Source: Candidatus Multivoradales bacterium (GTDB taxonomy: Bacteria > Acidobacteriota > Thermoanaerobaculia > Multivoradales > Multivoraceae). From it: DNA of 64,000 nucleotides. The translations under genes and the position numbers were made by a program. Position 1 is the stretch's first letter. Each line of letters opens with the position of its first letter. The stretch spans positions 384,001-448,000 of the forward strand of contig CBDCWI010000002.1 in the NCBI GenBank assembly GCA_965223325.1, written 5' to 3'. This document shows positions 58,771 through 64,000 of this stretch, one piece after another. The notes under the pieces are model-generated. The model was given only the letters and a program-made list of their open reading frames with translations. It ran no database searches and was not told the origin of the DNA.

Positions 58771-61023
58771 TCAGTTTGGGGTCACGGTGACGTTGTCAAA
58801 CGCGACCGGCGCCGGCGAGTAGCCCTGGAGGCCGGGGGTTCCGTAACGGTTGGGCATTGGGTCTTCGGCGGTAATGGTCCACTCCGCGGGCTCACTCTCG
58901 CCCCGTTTCCAGACCTTGCCCAGAACTCGACCACCGCTGTCGTGGGCTTCAACCCGCAGCTTCAAGGTGTACCAGGCGTCGACGTCCCACTCGAAAGGAA
59001 TCGTCACTGCCATCCGCTTGACCGCCGACCAGGTCCGCAGCTCGAGCTTCTGACCGTTGCCTAGCAGGTCGAGAAAGTAGCCCTGGTTGACCAGGCCGAC
59101 GTCGGTCATGCGGCGACCGGCCTGCCCGCCCCGCACGTCGGCCTGCACGGTGTAGTTCGACAGATAGGGCGTTCCCAGGAACAAGTTGGAGCGTAAGAGA
59201 CCGGCCTCGGCGACCGGCTTCTCAAGCATCTTGCCGCCTGAAGGCCCATCGACGACCTGGTAGCGGCCCAGTCCCAGCCAGTAGGGCCGGCCACGACCGG
59301 TGATGTCATCGAAATCCTCGCTCCATGGAAGCGGCGGGAAGACCCGTACGCGCCCGGTGACTTCGTGACCAGCCACTCTGACCTTGACGACGCCCGCACT
59401 CGCCGCGCTCTCGGCGGGCACCGTGAGCTTGCCGCTCGCACTGTTCCCGGTGACCGCGCCGGGCAGGCCTTCGAGCGACCAGCTCGCCTCGCCCGCTGGC
59501 TCGAGGCGACGCCCGACCTCGTTGAAGACACGCACCTCGTAGTCGACGCTCTCGCCGGTTCCCGCAATGGTCTCCGCCGGCAACAGCAACACCTGGGCAA
59601 CGTCATCGGAACCACGCTTCTCCGCCGGCTGCGGCGGCGCCGCCGACTCGCGCACCTCGAAGGCCCGGCCTTCCTCTGCCAGAGCGTAGATTCCTTCTTC
59701 GGTGGTGAAGTAGACGCGGCCGTAGGCAACTGCCGGCGAGCCGTAGATCTCAGCGTAGCGTGAGCGACGGCCTTCCTTGATCTCGACGTACTCGCGGTCC
59801 AGCACTTCGGCCGCGTCGCCCTTGTCCTCGAGAATCCAGAACAGGCCGTTGACCTCGGTGACGTAGAGCTTGCCGTCGGCCCACACCGGAGCCGCCTTCC
59901 CCACCGTCCCGAGTTCGGTCTCCCAGATCGTCTCGCCGCCGTTCAGGTCGAGCGCCATCAGGTTGGCCGAGTTGTCCATCACGTAGAGACGCCCCTCGTG
60001 CTCGAGTGGCGACGGGAAACCCATCTTGATGTCGCGGCGCCACTTCTCGTGCGTTTTCGTCACATCGCCGCTGCCGGTGGCATCGATCGCCACCAGCCGA
60101 CCGAGGGTCGCTTCGTCGACGTTCTCTTCCGAATGGCCGATGATCACCGTCTCGCCCACCACGATGGGCGAGCTGTTGATACCGCGCTTGGAGAGCTCGA
60201 AGCTCCAGATCTTCTTGCCGGTTCGTGCCTGCAACGCGTAGATGTGCCCGTCGGCGTTACCGGTGATCAGCATGCGCTGACCATCGATCACGGCGCTGGT
60301 GATGTTCGAGGACGTGTTGCGGTCGTAGGGGAAACCACCCGGGGTCGAAATCCATACCAGGCGGCCGTCTCCCTTGTCGAAGGCGTAGTAGCGATGGGTC
60401 GGGCGACCGAGCGGCCCCCACGAGGAGTTGATGTTGCTGACGATGAGCAGGTCTTCGTCGATGATTGGGCTCTGGGTGCGCCCGCCGTAGCCCGAGAAGC
60501 GACCGAACTCCTCAGACATCAGGTGCTCCCACACCAACTCGCCGTCGCGATCGTAGGCAACGACCGGCCCGGCAACGCCCTGCGCGTACACAAGGCCAGT
60601 TTCGGGGTCGACGATGGGACCGGCCCAGCCGGCCCGGTTGTACGGAACTGTCGTGAGCTGAGTCGTCAAGGTGCGCTCCCACAGCGGTTCTCCGGTTTCG
60701 GCATCGAAGGCGGCGAGAACTTCTCGGCGCGTGTTGCCTTCGCCGGCCCGACCCGTGGTGAACAGCCGCCCGCGGTGAATCACCGGCGTTGCACGGCCGA
60801 TGAAGTCGGTGCGCCAGGCCAGGTTCTCGCCGTCTTGTGACCACGACGACGGGAGGCCTGTCTCAGCGGACACGCCGCGCTGCGTCGGTCCCCGCCAGGA
60901 AGTCCAGTCGCCCGCGGTCGCGAGCTCGGGTAGAACCAGGAGCGCCAGCGCGAAGCAACCGCCAACGGCGGCCATGAACGAAGCGGTAGCGCTCGAGGCG
61001 TTCGGTCTCGAGAAGGTCAACAT
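58771..61023 (-). CDS. Secreted PQQ-like beta-propeller protein with C-terminal beta-sandwich (DUF1080/LamG-like) domain
   Basis: DWTSWRGP...GLPSSWS...NLAW N-terminus, repeated blades, WYTLKLRV...GKVWKRGESEPAEW...FDNVTV; ATG 61023 with AGGAG RBS. Confidence 0.85.
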   Translation of the reverse strand: MLTFSRPNASSATASFMAAVGGCFALALLVLPELATAGDWTSWRGPTQRGVSAETGLPSSWSQDGENLAWRTDFIGRATPVIHRGRLFTTGRAGEGNTRREVLAAFDAETGEPLWERTLTTQLTTVPYNRAGWAGPIVDPETGLVYAQGVAGPVVAYDRDGELVWEHLMSEEFGRFSGYGGRTQSPIIDEDLLIVSNINSSWGPLGRPTHRYYAFDKGDGRLVWISTPGGFPYDRNTSSNITSAVIDGQRMLITGNADGHIYALQARTGKKIWSFELSKRGINSSPIVVGETVIIGHSEENVDEATLGRLVAIDATGSGDVTKTHEKWRRDIKMGFPSPLEHEGRLYVMDNSANLMALDLNGGETIWETELGTVGKAAPVWADGKLYVTEVNGLFWILEDKGDAAEVLDREYVEIKEGRRSRYAEIYGSPAVAYGRVYFTTEEGIYALAEEGRAFEVRESAAPPQPAEKRGSDDVAQVLLLPAETIAGTGESVDYEVRVFNEVGRRLEPAGEASWSLEGLPGAVTGNSASGKLTVPAESAASAGVVKVRVAGHEVTGRVRVFPPLPWSEDFDDITGRGRPYWLGLGRYQVVDGPSGGKMLEKPVAEAGLLRSNLFLGTPYLSNYTVQADVRGGQAGRRMTDVGLVNQGYFLDLLGNGQKLELRTWSAVKRMAVTIPFEWDVDAWYTLKLRVEAHDSGGRVLGKVWKRGESEPAEWTITAEDPMPNRYGTPGLQGYSPAPVAFDNVTVTPN

Positions 61024-61232
61024 TCTGGTCACTCCTGTGGGAACCGGCGCCTGGGAGGGCGAGCGCCTGATTCTGAGCCTTCGGTACTTGGTTGGGATGA
61101 GAGCGTTGGGTCTGAGGGGTGCTCGGAAGGGATTCTCGGCCTCGAGCGCCTTTCGTACCATGGGTGCAGGCGCGGCGGGACTGAGTCCGCCCTGAAAGCG
61201 CTCCCTGAAACGCGTGCGGCCGCCGGTGAATT

Positions 61233-62723
61233 TCAACGGAGATCAGAGTATACGACGCGCCGGAGGCTCTTGCGGGTGGCCAGAAACAGCGATCGACCCT
61301 CGAAAACCGGGGACGAATAGACCCCGACAGCGAGTTCGGCCTCTGCCAAGACCTCGAGTTCAGGACCCAGACCGAGCACAGCCAGGTCGCCGTCTGTGTC
61401 GACAACCAGGACCCGATCGCCGACCACCAGTGGAGTCGCCCAGATCGGCGCCAACATGTCGTAGCGCCAGTGCTCGCTGCCATCTCCAGGGTCGAGGGCG
61501 TGGACGTAGCCATCGAGGTCGACGGCAAGCACCATTCCTGGGGCCGCCGCGACCCGTGCGATGGTGCGGCCGAAGCGTGCACCAGCAGACCCGCTGTCGG
61601 TCCCCATGCTCCAGGCGAGTACCGGTTCGCCACCGGGAAGCGCGTCGAGGGCGAACAGCCGGCCCGGCGCCGCTCCCGCCTCGGGATCACGACCCATGGC
61701 CAGGTAGATGCGGTGCTTCGCTCGGCCTCCCAGCCCTGGTACGACCACCGGGCTCGCGACGATCGCATGCCGCAGGTGTTCGGAGGCGTCCCCCTGCCCC
61801 TGGTTACCGTCGAAGCTCCAGCGCAGCGCGCCGGTCGCGGGGTCGAGAGCCACCAGGCGCCCGTCTCCGCCGCCGTAGAGCACCGCGCCACCTCCTCTCT
61901 GCGGGCCGGGCAGCCAGGTGGGGCTCGACCATTGACCGTCGACCAGATCGCCATCGGCGATCTCGAAGGTCCACAGCAGTTCTCCCGTGCGCCGAGTAAC
62001 GGCGATAAGACCGGGGCTTCGGGTGTCCCCGCCGCTGTGCTTTGCGCCGCGTCCTTCAGGCGGACCGTGGCCGGTGGCGACGAAAACCCGCTCGCCCACC
62101 ACGAGCGGCGACGAGGCCGACATGAAGTGCTGGCGAACACCCAGGCGCGCTGGCATGTCGAAGGCCCAGCGCACGCTTCCGCCTCGGTCGATTGCCGTCA
62201 GCTCACCGCGGTTGGTGACGAAGAACAGGCCTCCCGAGCCGGTGACGGTCGGAGTCGAGCAGATTCCCTGGAGCGGCCAATCGCGATCGCCGTCGGCGAG
62301 CTTTGAACGCTCGAAGCGCCAGATACGAGCGCCGGTCTCGAGGTCGAAGCCCAGGAGCACACCGAGATCTGGCGCATCGATAGCTGCGTCCGCGGCCGAC
62401 TCGCCGTTGGTTCCGACGACCACCATCTGCGGAGTGATCACCGGCCCGGCATAGCTTTCCGAGCCGAGTTCGACCTCCCACACCTCACGAGCCCTCGCCT
62501 CACCCAGCAGCCAGTCTTCGAGCGCCACCGGTCCGGAGGGCGTGACCACCGGGTTGCGCGACAGGGGCCAGACGTCTTCCGCCGCGAAAGGCGACCGCAC
62601 GCGCGCGGCGCTTGGCGACTCGCTCGCACCGTCGGTCGAGGCACAACCAGCGAGCAGAGCCAGGCTCGAAGCCACGATAAGGAGCCGCCACCGGCCTGAG
62701 CTCGCTGCCCTGGGCGACGTCAC
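61233..62723 (-). CDS. PQQ-like beta-propeller lipoprotein, paralog of 57203-58702
   Basis: GTG start overlapping the previous stop, lipobox LAGC, DWPLQGICSTP, repeated blades. Confidence 0.85.
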   Translation of the reverse strand: MTSPRAASSGRWRLLIVASSLALLAGCASTDGASESPSAARVRSPFAAEDVWPLSRNPVVTPSGPVALEDWLLGEARAREVWEVELGSESYAGPVITPQMVVVGTNGESAADAAIDAPDLGVLLGFDLETGARIWRFERSKLADGDRDWPLQGICSTPTVTGSGGLFFVTNRGELTAIDRGGSVRWAFDMPARLGVRQHFMSASSPLVVGERVFVATGHGPPEGRGAKHSGGDTRSPGLIAVTRRTGELLWTFEIADGDLVDGQWSSPTWLPGPQRGGGAVLYGGGDGRLVALDPATGALRWSFDGNQGQGDASEHLRHAIVASPVVVPGLGGRAKHRIYLAMGRDPEAGAAPGRLFALDALPGGEPVLAWSMGTDSGSAGARFGRTIARVAAAPGMVLAVDLDGYVHALDPGDGSEHWRYDMLAPIWATPLVVGDRVLVVDTDGDLAVLGLGPELEVLAEAELAVGVYSSPVFEGRSLFLATRKSLRRVVYSDLR

Positions 62724-63211
62724 ACCGGCTTGAACATGGTCACCAACCAGGCGCCGGTGCCAGCCATCGCGATTCCCAGCAGGAACGGCCAGCGAATCGC
62801 GTCCAGGCCTCCGGCGGGCGGATGAAACGACATCGCGACGAACGCGTTGACGATCGGGGCACAGCCAAAAACGATCGACATCACGACTGCCGGAGTGCCC
62901 CCGCTGCCGAACGCCAGGAGCACACCGAAGGCCCCGATCGCCCCAACGACGCCGGCCACCAGTGACCAGATCGCACCCTTGGGAGATACGGCAAAGCCAC
63001 CGCCGTTCAACCACAGAAGAGCGGCCGGCGCCAGCACCGCGGTCAAGAAGTACGCAATGCCAACCCACAGAAACGCTTTGTAGCGACCGTTGATCGGGTC
63101 TCCGATCGCCATGTTTCCCTGGTGCAGAAAGACGCCGTAGCACCCCCATGCCGCAACCGTCATGAAAGCAAACCACAGCCAACCCATCGAAGCACCATCG
63201 GTCGTTGCCAT
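62720..63211 (-). CDS. EamA/DMT-like small membrane protein
   Basis: About 5 TM helices, AAWGCYG, GTPAVVMSIVFGCAPIVN; GGAGG RBS. Confidence 0.75.
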   Translation of the reverse strand: MATTDGASMGWLWFAFMTVAAWGCYGVFLHQGNMAIGDPINGRYKAFLWVGIAYFLTAVLAPAALLWLNGGGFAVSPKGAIWSLVAGVVGAIGAFGVLLAFGSGGTPAVVMSIVFGCAPIVNAFVAMSFHPPAGGLDAIRWPFLLGIAMAGTGAWLVTMFKPV

Positions 63212-63258
63212 CTAACGAACCTCCCTTGTTCAGCCCGCAGTACTGAGTGTTTCCGCCA

Positions 63259-63311
63259 CGCGTGTTGTAAAGCTCTACCGATCTTAGCCGGTGTGAGCGC
63301 TACAACAAGCG
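63259..63311. promoter_or_regulatory. Long imperfect inverted repeat (TGTTGTA...TACAACA) between the dynamin-like gene and the propeller operon
   Basis: About 19 paired positions with mismatches and one bulge around the loop ATCTTAGC. Confidence 0.45.
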
Positions 63312-63312
63312 G

Positions 63313-63999
63313 TCAGATCTGTTCGATGCGGCCGGCGAGCTCCTCGAGCCGGTGGCGGAGTGCACGGAACGTCTCGCGCTCGCCCTCGAGCTTCTCGCGT
63401 TCGGAGCGCACGAAGCGGGTGTACGGCTGAACCGCTTCTTCGATCGAGCGCTGGCTGCGCGAGATCTCACTCTCGAACTGGCTACGCAGGCTCGCAGTGA
63501 GCTGGCTCCGCAGTTGGCCCAGGCGCTCGCGAAGTTCGGCCTTGGCCTGCCGGCGCTTGTTGGGAATCACGAACAGCCCCAACGTCGCCAGAGTGCCGGC
63601 GGCCAGAAAGCCAGTGATGTCGGCAGCGGTCGTACTCGCCAGGGCCGCCACCAGACCGCCGAGTCCCACCGCTCCGACCTGGAGGAGCGCGGTGCCGGCA
63701 ACGGCCTGTTGGACGCTCGCCGCTAGACGTTCCGACTCGTGACGTTGGTCGTAGGTCTCGACGGCCCGACTCGCGGAGCGCCCGAGGCTGTCGAGTAGGC
63801 GCGCGCGCGAGGTTTCGAACGCACTCTCCTCCACCGAACCGACGATGCGCCCCTCGTGCTCGCCCTCACGCCGGCGCACATGCGCGGTCACCGCCTGCCA
63901 CTGCCGAAGCTCACTATCGACCATCCAGTCGATCAGGTCGTTGACCATCTTCTCGATTCGATCCGGCAGGTCGCCGATGACCTCACGTTCGAAGGCCAA
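63313..63999 (-). CDS. C-terminal part of a bacterial dynamin-like protein (GTPase domain lies outside the window)
   Basis: Helical stalk, hydrophobic hairpin 'VGAVGLGGLV...ADITGFLAAGTLATLGLFVIP', terminal coiled coil. Confidence 0.7.
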   Translation of the reverse strand: MAFEREVIGDLPDRIEKMVNDLIDWMVDSELRQWQAVTAHVRRREGEHEGRIVGSVEESAFETSRARLLDSLGRSASRAVETYDQRHESERLAASVQQAVAGTALLQVGAVGLGGLVAALASTTAADITGFLAAGTLATLGLFVIPNKRRQAKAELRERLGQLRSQLTASLRSQFESEISRSQRSIEEAVQPYTRFVRSEREKLEGERETFRALRHRLEELAGRIEQI

Positions 64000-64000
64000 C

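Noticed and set aside
51637-62723. PQQ-dependent alcohol/glucose dehydrogenases or BamB
   Set aside because: No dehydrogenase catalytic signatures, no pqq genes and no bam/der context; only the generic blade repeat is supported
61233-63182. 649-aa version of the propeller lipoprotein
   Set aside because: The extension overlaps the EamA-like gene; the lipobox and GTGA overlap place the start at 62723

Overview
GC-rich (roughly 65-67% by eye), densely coding bacterial chromosome segment with about 44 genes. I see no rRNA, tRNA, CRISPR array, transposase or prophage. The gene content (DUF4388 protein, C-terminal FADGFESGD tail, IPTL-CTERM-like tail, carboxypeptidase-regulatory+TPR protein, many PQQ-like propellers) suggests a diderm such as Acidobacteriota/Thermoanaerobaculia; this is inference. 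Left part: Elp3 and a Trm9/ALKBH8-like methyltransferase in divergent units, sdhCAB, topoisomerase VI (B+A, with a histone-H1-like tail on subunit A), a TonB receptor plus LytS-type kinase, and an RND-MFP-RND efflux operon. Middle: CCA-adding enzyme, secreted proteins, S9 peptidase, a molybdoenzyme with a fused Fe-S/NrfD subunit, and SixA. Right part (37.6-63.2 kb): a mostly minus-strand orphan cluster of four PQQ-like beta-propellers, Fe-ADH, HemN-like radical SAM enzyme, flavin-dependent halogenase-like enzyme, Na+:solute symporter, GT4 glycosyltransferase, thioesterase and a giant MacB/LolE-type ABC system, interrupted by an H-NS gene and an SLC12 transporter. Best candidates for undescribed biology: (1) a bacterial Elp3+Trm9 route to mcm5U34 in tRNA, and (2) the propeller/radical-SAM/halogenase cluster. 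All family calls come from motif recognition by eye; no searches were run.
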